Assembly: GCA_030390025.1 (NCBI GenBank)
Contig: CM059431.1
Span: 134,356,001-134,420,000, forward strand
Direction of reading: 5' to 3'
Source of the DNA: Squalus acanthias
Lineage: Eukaryota
Length of the DNA stretch: 64,000 nucleotides
The position numbers and the translations under genes are program-made. Shown here piece after piece: positions 23,225 through 36,254 of the stretch. The first letter of the stretch is position 1. Every line of letters begins with the position of its first letter. Under the pieces are notes generated by a model. The model saw only the letters and a program-made list of their open reading frames with translations. It did no database searches and was not told the origin of the DNA.

Positions 23225-23872
23225 GTGTTTTTGGTGTCCATACTTAAGAAAAGACATACTTGCTCTCAAGGCAGTACAAAGAAGGTTCACTCGGTTAATC
23301 CCGGGGATGAGGGGGTGGACATATGAGGAGAGGTTGAGTAGATTGGGACTCTACTTATTGGAGTTCAGAAGAATGAGAGGCGATCTTATTGAAACATATA
23401 AGATTGTGAAGGGGCTTGATCGGGTGGATGCGGTAAGGATGTTCCCAAGGATGGGTGAAACTAGAACTAGGGGGCATAATCTTAGAATAAGGGGCTGCTC
23501 TTTCAAAACTGAGATGAGGAGAAACTTCTTCACTCAGAGGGTAGTAGGTCTGTGGAATTTGCTGCCCCAGGAAGCTGTGGAAGCTACATCATTAAATAAA
23601 TTTAAAACAGAAATAGACAGTTTCCTAGAAGTAAAGGGAATTAGGAGTTACAGGGAGCGGGCAGGAAATTGGACATGAGGCTGAGTTCGGATCGGTCGAG
23701 GCCCTGTGGGTGGCGGAGCGGGCCCAGGGGCTGAGTGGCCGGGTCCTGCTCCTACTTCTTGTGTTCTTTAGATTTGAGGTTGGGATCAGATCAGCCATGA
23801 TCTTATTGAATGGCGGAGCAGGCTCGAGGGGCCGATTGGCCTACTCCTGCTCCTATTTCTTATATTCTTATA
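23225..23872 (+). mobile_element. CR1 3' fragment with a tandemly duplicated 3' UTR
   Basis: RT C-terminal ORF PYLRKDILAL...RRMRGDLIETYKI; two copies of the ~95-nt terminal unit. Confidence 0.88.
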
Positions 23873-24339
23873 TTAAAACTTAATTAAACAATCCAAAATC
23901 CTTAATTTTGAAAGTCATTTGTTGAAGTTTGGAAGTAGTTATGCTTCAACCCTAATCTTAAAACTTGCTAAAATAGCCTGTAGGTGTCAGTGCAGACAGT
24001 GAATTTTCCTGTGCCAAAGCTGTTCAGGCCCCATCTGCTGGTGGAATGAGTTTCTTAATAGCACCATTAAAACTTGAGAAGAATGAAGGGATTTTTAAAA
24101 GGACATTGATTGTAGATCTAAAATGGTTTTACAAGAAAAAATGGAAGTTTATGATGTACAGCAGTAATATGATGTGTGGTTTTCATAAACATATGCTTGA
24201 TGTCACTATCTCTGCATAAATTGTTGGAATGCTTAATTCACTGAATATACTATACAAGATTAATCATTTTGCATTTTGTTTTTCTGATAAAGGTTGTAGA
24301 ATCTAATAATTTAATGTTGGCTTACCACTAAATTGTCAG

Positions 24340-24640
24340 GGTCCAGTAGCCGAGTGGTTATGGTAGTAGACGAGCAGTCCAGAGGTTGAGTTCAAATCTG
24401 ATCATGGCAAATTGTGACATTGAATTCAACAAATCTACTAATTTGTAGTCTAGGACAAGATAAAATTACAAAGAAAGCTGCTGGATTGTTGTAAAAACCC
24501 TCTGGTTTACTCATGTCCTTCAGGGCAGGGACCTAGACTGTGACTGCAGTCCAACACACTGTAGTTAACTTTTAATGACCTCGGGGAAACTAGGGTTGGG
24601 CAATAAATACTTTCTTGCCAGTGTTGCTCATACCTCGAAC
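24340..24640 (+). mobile_element. tRNA-headed SINE whose body and tail match the 5' and 3' ends of the 60537-63610 LINE
   Basis: A-box-like tagccgagtggtta, B-box gagttcaaatc; middle and tail align by eye to 60610-60730 and 63537-63600. Confidence 0.65.
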
Positions 24641-24724
24641 AATTTTTTTTATAGAGGGCATTATAACCTAATTGTCTTGGAAAAATGGAAATTTGCTCTG
24701 ATTGTACCACATCATTTTGTTTTA

Positions 24725-27005
24725 CATAAGAACATAAGAAATAGGAACAGGAGTAGGCCATTTGGTCCCTCGAGCCTGCTCTGCCATTCAATAGGATCAT
24801 GGCTGATCTGGTCTTGGCCTCAACTCCACTTTCCTGCCCGCTCCCCATAACCCTTGACTCCCTTTATCATTCAAAAATCTGTATCTCCACCTTAAATATA
24901 TTCAATGACCCAGCCTCCACAGCTCTCTCGGGAAGAGAATTCCAAAGATTCACGACCCTCGGAGAGAAAATTCCTCCTCATCTCCATTTTAAATGGGTGA
25001 CCCCTTATTCTGAAACTATGCCCCCTCGTTCTAGATTCCCCCACGAGGGGAAACATCCTCTCTGCATCTACCCTGTCAAGCCCCCTCAGAATCTTATACA
25101 TAGAAGATAGGAGCAGGAGTAGGCCATTCGGCCCCTCGAGCCTGCTCCGCCATTCGATGAGATCATGACTGGTCATCTAAACTCAGTACCCTATACCTGC
25201 CTTCTCCCCATATCCCTTGATACCTTTAGCTTTAAGAAATATATCTAACTCATCCTTGAATATATTTAATGACTTCGCCTCAACTACCTTCTGTGGTAGA
25301 GAATTCCACAGGTTCGCCACTCTCTGGGTGAAGAAATTCTTCCTCATTTCTGTCCTAAATGGTTTACCCGTTATCCGTAGTTTATGACCCCTGGTTCTGG
25401 ACTCTCTGACCATCGGGAACATTCTTCCTGCATCTAGTTTGTCCAGACCTGTCAGAATTTTATATGTTTCGATGAGATCCCCTCTCATTCTTCTATACTC
25501 CAGTGAGTATAAGCCCAATCGACCCAATCTCTCCTCATATGTCATTCCTGCCATCCCAGGTATCAGCCTTGTGAATCTTCGCTGAACTCCTTCCATGGCA
25601 AGAACATCCTTCCTCAGATAAGGCGACCAAAACTGCACACAGTACTCAAGGTGTGGTCTCACCAAGGCCCTGTACAACTGCAGCAGGACATCCCTGTTCC
25701 TATACTCAAACCCTTTCGCTATGAAGGCCAACATACCATTTGCCTTCTTCACCGCCTGCTGCACCTGCATGCTTACCTTCAGCGACTGGTGCACAAGGAC
25801 ACCCAGGTCTCGTTGCACTTCCCCTTCTCCCAATCTATTGCCATTCAGATAATAGTCTGCCTTTCTGTTTTGGTAGATTACATCCACTATCTCTGCAGCC
25901 ACTTCTTTTAAGACCCTAGGATGCAGGCCATCTGGTCCAGGGGACTTGTCTACCTTTAGTCCCATAAGTTTGCCGAGTACTTTTTCTCTAGTGATAGTAA
26001 TTGTTTTAAGTTCCCCCCTCCCTATAGCCCCTTGATTATCTATTATTATTGGGATGCTTTTAGTGTCTTCTACTGTGAAGACCGATACAAAATATTTGTT
26101 CAGAGTCTCAGCCGTTTCCCATTATTAATTCCCCAGTCTCATCCTCTAAGGGACCAACATTTACTTTAGTAACACTTTCTTTTTATATACCTGTAGAAGC
26201 TCTTACTGTCTGTTTCTTTATATTTCTTGCAAGTTTACTCTCATAATCTATCTACTCTTTATTATTTTCTTAGTCATCCTTTGCTGGTTTCTAAAAATTC
26301 CCCAATCCTCTGGCCTACCACTAATCTTCACATCATTGTATGCCTTTGTTTTCAATTTGATACCATCCTTAACTTCCTTAGTTAGCCACGAATGGTTCAT
26401 TCTTCTCTTAGTTTTTCTTTCTCACTGGAATATATCTTTGCTGAGAGTTATGAATTATCTCCTTAAATGTCTGCCTCTGCTTATCTACTGTCTTACTCTT
26501 TAACCTATTTTCCCAGTCTACTTTAGCCAACTCTTGTCTTCATACCTTTGTAATTGCCTTTATTTAAGTTCAGGACACTAGTTTGAGACCCAAGTTTCTC
26601 CCCCTCAAACTGAATTTGAAATTCTAACCTATGATCACTCTTCCCTAGAAGATCCTTTACTATGAGATCATTAATTAATCCTATCTCATTACAGATTACC
26701 AGATCTAAATTAGCCTGCTCCCTGGTTGGTTCCACAACGTATTCTAAGAAACCATCCCGAATACACTCTATGAACTCTTCCTCAAGGCTATCTTTGCCAA
26801 TTTGATTTGTCCAATCTATATGAAGATTAAAATTGGCCATGATTATTGTAGTACCTTTCTTACAAGCTTCCATTATTTCTTGATTTATACTCTGTCCTAC
26901 AGTGTAGCTACTGTTAGTGGGCCTATAGACTGCTCCCACCAGTGACTTCTTTCCCTTTATTATTTATTAACTCCACCCAAACTGATTCTACATCTTGATC
27001 TTCTC
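24725..27005 (-). mobile_element. CR1 LINE with a young CR1 3' fragment (25099-25870, minus) replacing part of its RT
   Basis: Chimeric ORF 25183-25965; APE remnant ORF 26523-26939; 3' tail cataagaacataag at 24725. Confidence 0.88.
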
Positions 27006-27589
27006 TTGCTATTGCAAGAATAAAAAGGAACAAGATAAGTCTGACTATTCAATAGGATCAGATGTACCACAAATATTTCTTGTTTTAATTGCACTAAACT
27101 AAATATAATGCAGCTCTTTTAATTACCACAATTACTTATCCCATGTAGTGGGAATGAGCAGCTAGCTTCAGTTTGGTTGTTTGATTAATTGGAGTATGGT
27201 TGCCTGGAGCTTATCCAAAAATTTAAAATTGAAGCTGGGCATAAAATGCACAGATCTCAAACCGCGATGATATATTACGTTTGACTGGAAGTTTCAGTGC
27301 TAGGCGTCTTGTCCAGACCCTCTTCTTTCCTGACACTGGTTTTCATGACTGATCAAAATTTGTCACCGTTTTGAATTAAGAATTTTTTTTTTTACAAAAA
27401 GCTTGCTGAAATTGGGTGTACTTTTGCACTATACAATAGCTTAAATTCATGTAGCTTGGAATATTAACAGTGCATGGTTGTAATTATAGTTAGAAAATGT
27501 TTGGAAACTTTTGATATAAATGGTTAATATTCTGATGAAAAGTATTAATGGGATGAAGAACAAAAACCTTAAATTCCTGCTTTTTTTCG

Positions 27590-28810
27590 ATAAAAAGTGT
27601 TTGACTAACTTGATTGAGTTTTTTGATGAGGTAACAGAGAGTGGATGAAGGCAGTGCACTTGATGTGTATATGGACTTTCAAAATGCATTTGATAAAGTA
27701 CCACATACTAGGCTTGTTAGCAAAATTGAAGCCCGTGGGATAAAAGGGGCAGTAGCAGCATCGATACAAAATTGGCAAAGGGATAGAAAACAGAGTTGTG
27801 GTGAATGGCTGCTTTTTGGACTGGAGGGAGGTATACTGTGGCATTCTCCAAGGTTCAGTACTAGGACCACTGCTGTTTTTGATATACATTAATGACTTGG
27901 ACTTGGGGGTACAGGGCACAATTTCAAAATGTGCAGATGACAGGAAACTTGGAAGTGTAGTAAACAGTGAGCAAAATAGTAATAGACTTCAAGAAGACCT
28001 AGGCTGGTGGAATGGGCAGACGCATGGCAGATTAAATTCAATGCAGAGAAGTGTGAGGTGATACATTTTGGTGGGAAGAATGAGGAGAGACAATACACAC
28101 TAAATGGTACAATTTTAAAGGGGGTGCAAGAAGAGAGACCTGGGGGTGCTTGTGCACAAATCTTTGAAGGTGGCAGGACAGGTTAATAAAGCCTATGGGG
28201 TCCTGGGCTTTATAAATAGAGGCATAGAGTACAAAAGCCAGGAACTTATGCTAAACCTGTATAAAACACTAGTTCGGCCCCAGCTGGAGTATTGTGTCTA
28301 ATTCTGGGCACCACACTTTAGGAAGGACCTGAAGGCTTTGGCGAGGGTACAGAAGAGATTTACTAGAATGGTTCCAGGCATGAGGGAATACAGTTGTGTG
28401 GATACACTAGAGAAGCTGGGGTTGTTCTCCTTGGAGCAGAGAAGGCTAAGAGGAGATTTGTTAGAGGTGTTTAAAATCATGATGGATTTAGATAGAGTAA
28501 ATAAAAAGAAACTATTTTCAATGGCTGAAGGGTCAGTATCGAGAGGGCACAGATTTAAGGTGATTGGCAAAAGAACCAGAGCCAACATGAGGAAAATCTT
28601 TTTTACATAACGAGTGGTTAGGATTTGGAATGCACTACCTGATAGAGTGGTGGATACAGATTCAATAGTAGCCTTCAAAAGGAGAAGGAGAAAAAATTGC
28701 AGGGATATGAGGAAGAGCGTCTGAGTGGGGCTAACAGGATTGCTCTTCGAAAGAGCCGGCGCAGACTTGATGGGCCGAATGGCCTCCTTCTGTGCTGTAT
28801 GATTCTATGA
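27590..28810 (+). mobile_element. Older CR1 RT/3' fragment
   Basis: YMDFQNAFDKVPH, QGSVLGPLLFLIYINDLD, RLRGDLLEVFKI. Confidence 0.85.
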
Positions 28811-29033
28811 CTCACTTCAATAGAATGTTCCCAATTCCTAGGAATTGCCTTGATTAGAGTAGCACCACGTAATCTACTACAGCTCGTCAACTCTCTCCAA
28901 ATAAACCTGGGATGCAAACATACAGATTGTTTTGAAACTAATTTTCAAATGATGCATGGTTGTGATCCTGAGGTGCTAAAGACCGATCTAACTGGGTCCT
29001 GTTTGGCAAAATATTGAGTTTAGCAGCTTAGAT

Positions 29034-31287
29034 TCCAACATTCGATGGAATCTGGAACTGTACCCATGGATTGGAGGGTAGCTAATGTTACCCCACTATT
29101 CAGAAAGGGTGGTAGAGAGAAAGTGGGGAATTACAGACTGGTAAGCCTGACATCGGTAGTGGGGAAAATGCTAGAGTCCATTATAAAGGATGTAATGGCC
29201 CAGAAATTCACTTCTCCGGCTTGCCGTGGGGGTAAGGATCGCGCGCGCACTTACCTACCGCGCCTGCCGTTGTGTTTTGGGCCCACGGGAACTTCGGGTC
29301 CTGGGCCTCTCCCAACTGCCGGCGCGCAGTGCGTGCGTGTCCCAGGGGCGCAGTTAGTGCGATGTGTCCCCTGGGATCACGTGGGCCATGGAGAGCCAAT
29401 GGCAGCAGACCATCTTTCATTCATAGATTTGACCGGAGACCTGTCAAATCTGTGAATTGAAATCGGCCCCAAAAGAACAGCTAAACTTATAATAATTTTT
29501 TTTTTAAACCCATCACATTTATAAAATAACTATAGTTAAATAAATTAACCACTTTAAACAAAAACTTATATTTTTGAAAAAATTTAAATACTTTTTAAAA
29601 GTGATAAAAATAAACTTAACCTTTCTTTAAAGTATCTAAAAAAAGATAAACCTGTTGAGAAAAAATTTAAATTATACTTAATTAACCACTTACCTTGTTG
29701 AAAACGGGTCCTGCGCCTCCTTTTTTTTTATAAGTGTAGGTTCTTCACTACTTACCCTCCCGTAGAAACCTGAAAAAAAATCTAAGTTTGCTGCGTGCAC
29801 GCAGCCTCTACCGCGCACGTGGTTCACCTAGGAACCGCCCCCTTCACCATACCGGAAGTTCCGGTTTCCCGCGCATGCAGGAAACCGGCACTTCGGGACG
29901 CTTTACGGGTGAGTACGGACTGTGTACTCACCCGGGAAGGGCCGAATTTTTGGCCCAAGCTGAGCACTTGAAAAACAGTGACAGGATCGGACAAAGTCAA
30001 CATGGATTTACAAAAGGTAAATCGTGCTTGACTAATCTACTGGAATTTTTTGAGGATGTAACTGGGAAAATAGATAAGGGAGAACCAGTAGATGTGGTGT
30101 ATTTGGACTTTCAAAAGGCTTTCGATAAGGTCCCGCATAAGAGATTAGCGTGTAAAGTTAAGGCACATGGGATTGGGGGCAAGGTATTGACTTGGATAGA
30201 GAACTGGTTGGCGGACAGAAAGCAGAGAGTAGGAATTAATGGGTCTTTTTCCGAGTGGCGGGCAGTGACTAGTGGGGTACCGTAGGGATCGGTCCTTGGA
30301 CCCCAGCTGTTCACAATATACATTAATGATCTAGATAAGGGAACTAAATGTAATATCTCCAAGTTTGCAGATGACACAAAGCTGGGTGGGCGTGTGTGCA
30401 GCGAGGAGGATACCGAGAAATTCCAGTATGATTTGGACAGGTTGGGTGAGTGGGCAGAAGCGTGGCAGATGCAATATAACGTGGATAAATGCGAGGTTTG
30501 GTGTCAAAAACAGAAAGGCAGACTATTATCTGAATGGCAATAGATTGGGAGAAGGGGAAGTGCAACGAGACCTGGGTGTCCTTGTGCACCAGTCACTGAA
30601 GGTAAGCATGCAGGTGCAGCAGGCGGTGAAGAAGGCAAATGGTATGTTGGCCTTCATAGCGAAAGGGTTTGAGTATAGGAACAGGGATGTCCTGCTGCAG
30701 TTGTACAGGGCCTTGGTAAGACCACACCTTGAGTAGTGTGTGCAGTTTTGGTCGCCTTATCTGTGGAAGGATGTTCTTGCCATGGTAGGAGTTCAGTGAA
30801 GATTCACAAGGCTGATACCTGGGATGGCAGGAATGACATATGAGGAGAGATTGGGTCGATTGGGCTTATACTCGCTGGAGTATAGAAGAATGAGAGGGGA
30901 TCTCATCGAAACATATAAAATTCTGACAGGTCTGGACAAAGTAGATGCAGGAAGAATGTTCCCGATGGTCGGAGAGTCCAGAACCAGGGGTCATAATCTA
31001 AGGATAAGGGGTAAGCCATTTAGGACTGAAATGAGGAAGAATTTCTTCACCCAGAGAGTGGTGAACCTGTGGAATTCTCTACCACAGAAGGTAGTTGAGG
31101 CCAAGTCATTAAATATATTCAAGAATGAGTTAGATATATTTCTTAAAGCTAAAGGTATCAAGGGATATGGAGAGAAGGCAGGTACAGGGTACTGAGTTTG
31201 GATGATCAGCCATGATCTCATCGAATGGCGGAGCAGGCTCGAGGGGCCGAATGGCCTACTCCTGCTCCTATCTTCTATGTTTCTATG
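29034..31287 (+). mobile_element. CR1 LINE, young subfamily, interrupted by a Harbinger-like MITE
   Basis: RT motifs; TAGAT on both flanks (29029-29033, 31288-31292). Confidence 0.9.
29197..29956. mobile_element. PIF/Harbinger-like MITE (CpG-rich ends, AT-rich core)
   Basis: TIRs GGCCCAGAAATTC / GAATTTTTGGCCC (11/13); interrupts the CR1 reading IIKDV..AEHLKN; left flank AAT, right flank imperfect. Confidence 0.75.
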
Positions 31288-32284
31288 TAGATGCCCTTGA
31301 ATTGGCACCAAGCTGTTGCTGAGTGCCAGTGTTTTGGATTTCTTTGCAAACACTAATGTATTATTAATATAGCTTTCTAATGTGAGGAGAGACTTGTAAA
31401 GCCTAGCATAAACTGAGGAACAATCATCTGCAACAATGCTCCCATAACTAGACAATCGGTAATATACATGGAGGAGGCCTACAAAAGTGATTTTTTGCTC
31501 ATGATTGTTTTGTTTAATTCTACATTTTGACCATTGCAATTTTTTATTCCAGGCCACAGTTTTTCTCTTTGTTTCAACCATTTCGATAAATGTGTTCCCT
31601 CCACCGTTCTCCCCTCCACTCCTTGCAGGTTTTTGCAGGACCTGCTATAATTCTGGTTCTCCTTGAATAATATGCTGTAGGGAGACATTTGTCCTTGTGT
31701 TGGTAACCTTCAGAATTTTCTCCCTCATCATTTATTCAATGAATTTTTACAGAAGTTTTTTTTAAATTCTCTTGTGATTTTGGGTTTCCCCAGGCAATGA
31801 GAGATGGTGTCTTATTCTGCAAATATTTTTTAGCTGTGTAAATTGGGAATTCTTGTGTCAAAAACATTAGTATCTTTTTAGTAGAACTAGAAAAAAATTA
31901 CCATGAAATGTTCTTTATGAAGAATATCAAGAGATTGTTAATGAATATTAATAGCATTCCAATTATGTACAAGTACTTGTATTGATATTTTGATGAAACC
32001 TGATGGAATTTCAGATTAGTGTATTAACAGTTTTGTAGAAGATTAATTTTAGCTGAGGTGAAGTTAGTGATTTTGTTTTTTACAGAAGCTTACTGATTTT
32101 TATTTTGAGAAGTTTAACAAATATATCTGGGTGACAGTTTGCCTAGCGGTAGTCAGACTTGGTGTAAATCATAAACTGCAAAATGGGCACAAGCGGGGAG
32201 AGAAGTCAGTGTTTCTGATGTGTAAATCCACTGCAGTTCGTATTAGTACCTTTTTTAAAACAAAATCTTAAATGAATAAAACTG

Positions 32285-33648
32285 AACACTGACATCTACT
32301 CAGCAATGTGGAAAATTGGCCAGGTATGTCCTGTCCACAAAAAGCAGGACAAATCCAAATTTCCTGGCCAATTACCACCCCATCTGCCCACCCCATCTGC
32401 CTACACCCAATCAGCAGATGTCAACAGTGCTATCAAGTGGCACTTGCTCACCGATAACCTGCTCACTGAAGCTCAGTTTGGGTTCTGCCAGAACCACTAG
32501 GCTATGGACCTCGTTACAACCTTGGTCCAAACATGAAAACGAACTGAATTCCAGAGGTGAAGTGATTGCCCTGGACGTCAAGGCAGCATTTGACTGAGTG
32601 TGGCACCAAGAAGCTCTAGTCAAAGTGAGGTCAATGGGGATCAGGGGGCAAATTCTTCAGTGGCTGGAGTCATACCTGGCACAAAGGAAGATGACTGTTG
32701 GAGGCCAATCATCTCCGCCCTAGGACATCGCTGCAGGAGTTACTCCGGGCAGCATCCTAGGCCCAACTATCTTTAGATGCTTTATTAATGGGCTTCCCTC
32801 TCTATTGGGGCTGTTCACTGATGATTGCAGTGTTCAGCTCCATTTGCAATTCCTCATGCAGCAAGACCTGGACAACATCCAGGCTTGGGCTGATGAGTAG
32901 CAAGTGACATTTATTCCACAAGTGTTAGGCAATGACCATCTTCAACAAGAGAGGGCATGAGCACCTCCTCGTGACATTTGATGCCATTATCATCGCCGGG
33001 TTTCCCACCATCAACATCCTGGGGGGGGGTCACGATAGACCAGAAACTGAACTAGATAGCCACATAAATGCCGTGGATACTAGAGCTGGTCAGAGGCTAG
33101 TTATTCTGCAGCGAGTGGCTCACCTCCTGACTCCTCAAGGCCTCTGTACCACCTACAAGGCACAAGTCAGGAGTGTGATGGAAAACTCTCCACTTGCCTG
33201 GATGGGTGCACTCAAAGCTAGACACTATCCAGGACAAAGCAGTCTCCTTGATTGGCATCCTATCCACTGATTTTAAACAACCACTCCCTCCACCATCTGC
33301 GTACTGTGGCTGCATTGTGTACTATCTACAGGATGCACTGCATCAATTCACCAAGTCTTCTTCAGCAGTACCTCCCAAGCCCACGACCTCCACCTGCTAG
33401 AAAGACGAGGGCAGCAGGTGCATTGGAATGTCACACACCATCCTGACATATCGCCTGCTGTTCCTTCATGTCACTGGGTCAAAATCTTGGAACTCCTTAC
33501 TTAACAGCAATGTGGGAGCACCTTCGCCATACGGAATGCAGTGGTTCATGGCGGCGGCTAACTACCACCTTCTCGGGGGCTATTAGGGATGTGCAATAAA
33601 TGCTGGCCCTGCCAGCGACACCCACGTCCTGAGTATATAAAAAAAAAC
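32285..33648 (+). mobile_element. Degraded CR1-group LINE, same family as 60537-63610
   Basis: MWKIGQVCPVHKKQD, ALDVKAAFD, YKAQVRSVME; tail tagggatgtgcaataaatgctggcc. Confidence 0.85.
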
Positions 33649-33684
33649 TTTTTGATTACAAGAACTAAAAGCAAGTTTTGATCA

Positions 33685-34268
33685 TGTAGGTAGGTGAACC
33701 CGCACCTCCCGTCTTATAATTCCAGAATCCGACTTGAACCCCTTCCGGGTGGAATAAAATGGTCAAGGCTTACAAACTCAGTACAACTCAGTATGCTTTT
33801 AACTATTTATTGTACCTCGAATAATATAATATACAAACGTCAATGCACTGTTCCCTTATAACTCCAAACAATACTAATGTACACTGTTCCCCTTAACTAT
33901 TTTTTAATTTCAAACACCACTCACCCTGGTGATCAAGTGGAGGAGTCTGTTTCCATATGTACGGGTGATCAAACCGTCCGCAGTTTTCCTTGATAATTGC
34001 CCCGTTCCCTTTCTAAACGCACCTTTTTATAATACAAAAGATCAAAACCCGTGACAATAGATTGACGCAAACCCTTCCCCTTTTGATTGTACCATCTTAA
34101 TCTCGTCTTTCTGTCATTCTGTTCGATTTCAAACCATACAATACAAAAAGAAATGTCTTCATCCTGTTTGATGTTCGACCATTATCACACAAAGAAATGT
34201 CTTGATTAGACACTTCCTTGCTTATCAGCAGTTTGAAAGATTAGTGAATGGGTTTCAATCCAACGACA
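33685..34268 (-). mobile_element. Probable solo LTR
   Basis: TGT...ACA termini with imperfect inverted ends; flanks atca/atcc; minus-strand TATAAAA (~34030) upstream of AATAAA (~33810). Confidence 0.5.
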
Positions 34269-35099
34269 ATCCTGGCATTAACATTTCCAAAAGATGAGGG
34301 AGCCGTTCCAGACTCGGTGGAACCAATTGTAGGTCTGGTTAACAGCTGGACCAAGGAGTTTCGCTGGACAGGATAGTCAGTTGAATTTACACAAACACAT
34401 GCTGTTGTGTGTTTGATTGTTCCAGCCACTTCCTTGGTTAGCATATTCATGAAGTAAAAGAGTCGTGTCTGTGGTTCTTATGCTGTTTAATCCAGAGTGT
34501 GTATTACAAATTCCTTTTAAAAGTTTTGTCTTTCCTCATGTTATGCTGGGATATGAAGTTTGGTCAGTTTCACAAAACTGCCTTTACAGTTCAGCCATTT
34601 GACCCTTTAATGTTAGTATCATTTAAGTTGAATGCGATCTTGCTGCAGGAACTGGCTACAATCCTCCTGATGTGCATTGCTGTTGAATAAATTAGTGTCA
34701 TTTTTAATGGAACTAAAGAAAACTATGAAATATATTTTGATGTCTTTCTAGGGGGTTGAATGTCAACAGTGAAGTGTAACTTGAAGGAGTTTCAGATAAT
34801 TGTATTAGCAATTTTGTAGATTTTGAAATGTTTGAGATTACATCTAACTTGGATCAGTAAAGTCCTTTTTTTGGAAATGCAAAAATAGCTGCTCAAAGAA
34901 TCCTGTGTGTATTATGCCATTCCTGTTTGTCACTGATTTTGTTGCACTATTGCTGTAACGCTTCAACTGTTTACAAGTAGCCTTGATAATCCATTGTATG
35001 TTGCATCTCAGTATCTCAATTTTGAGCAGCATATATCTGCTGACATGCTGAGCAGTGCTACTGGAGATTTGCTAATAAATATTTAGCTTGCATAATAAA

Positions 35100-36250
35100 A
35101 TTACATAGAATTTACAGCACAGAAACAGGCCATTCGGCCCAACTGGTCTTTGCCGGTGTTTATGCTCCACACAAGCCTCCTCCCACTCTACTTCAGCTAA
35201 CCCTACTTTATCTAACCCCATCAGCATATCCTTTTATTCCTTTCTCCCTTGTGTGCTTATCCAGCTTTCCCTTAAATGCATCTATGCTGTTCGCCTCAAC
35301 TACTCCATCTGGTAGCAAGTTCTACACTCTGGGTAAAGAAATTTCTCCTAAATTGCTTATTGGATTAGTGACTTGTATTTATCACCCCTAGTTTTGGACT
35401 AACTGCATTTACCCATGCATCTATTTAAAGACCTCCATTAGGTCATCCCTCAACCTCTTTTTCTCAGAGGCCAAGCCTGTTCAGTTTTTCCTGATAGTTA
35501 TAACCACTCAGTTCTGGTATCATCCTTTTAAATCTTTTTTGCACCTTCTCCACTGCCTCTATCCTTTTTGTAATGAGGACACCAAATACAGCTATAAAAA
35601 GCCCTGGTGAGACCACACCTGGAGTGCTGGACACCACACCTTAGGAAGGATATATTGGCCTTGGAGGGAGTGCAGCGTAGGTTTACCAGAATGATACCTG
35701 GGCTCCAAGGGTTAAATTATGAGGAGAGATTACACAAACTAGGGTTGTATTCCCTGGAATTTAGAAGGTTAAGGGGTGATTTGATCGAAGTTTTCAAGAT
35801 ATTAAGGGGAACAGATAGGGTAGATAGTGAGAAACTATTTCTGTTGGATGGGGAGTCTAGCACTAGGGGGCATAGTCTAAAAATTAGAGCCAGACCTTTC
35901 AGGAGTGAAATTAGGAAACACTTCTACACACAAGGGTGGTAGAAGTTTGGAACTCTCTTCCGCAAACGGCAATTGATGCTAGATCAATTGTTAATTTTAA
36001 ATCTGAGAGAGATTTTTGTTAACCAAAGGTATTAAGGGATATGTGGGAAAGGTGGGTATAAGGAGTTACGTCTCAGATCAGCCATGATCTCATTGAATGG
36101 CGGAACAGACTCGAGGGGCTGAATGGCCTACTCCTGTTCCTAGAACTGTGCACAATATTTTAAATGTGTTCTAACCAAGGTTCTGTACAAGTGTAACACA
36201 ACCCTTTTTGTCAATTCTATCCCTCTAGCAATGAACACCAGTGTTTGCAT
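35100..36250 (-). mobile_element. CR1 3' fragment with an opposite-strand CR1 3' fragment (~35590-36141, +) inserted
   Basis: Tail catagaatttacagcacagaaacaggcc; inner ORF 35607 RPHLE...RLRGDLIEVFKI. Confidence 0.8.
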
Positions 36251-36254
36251 TTTT

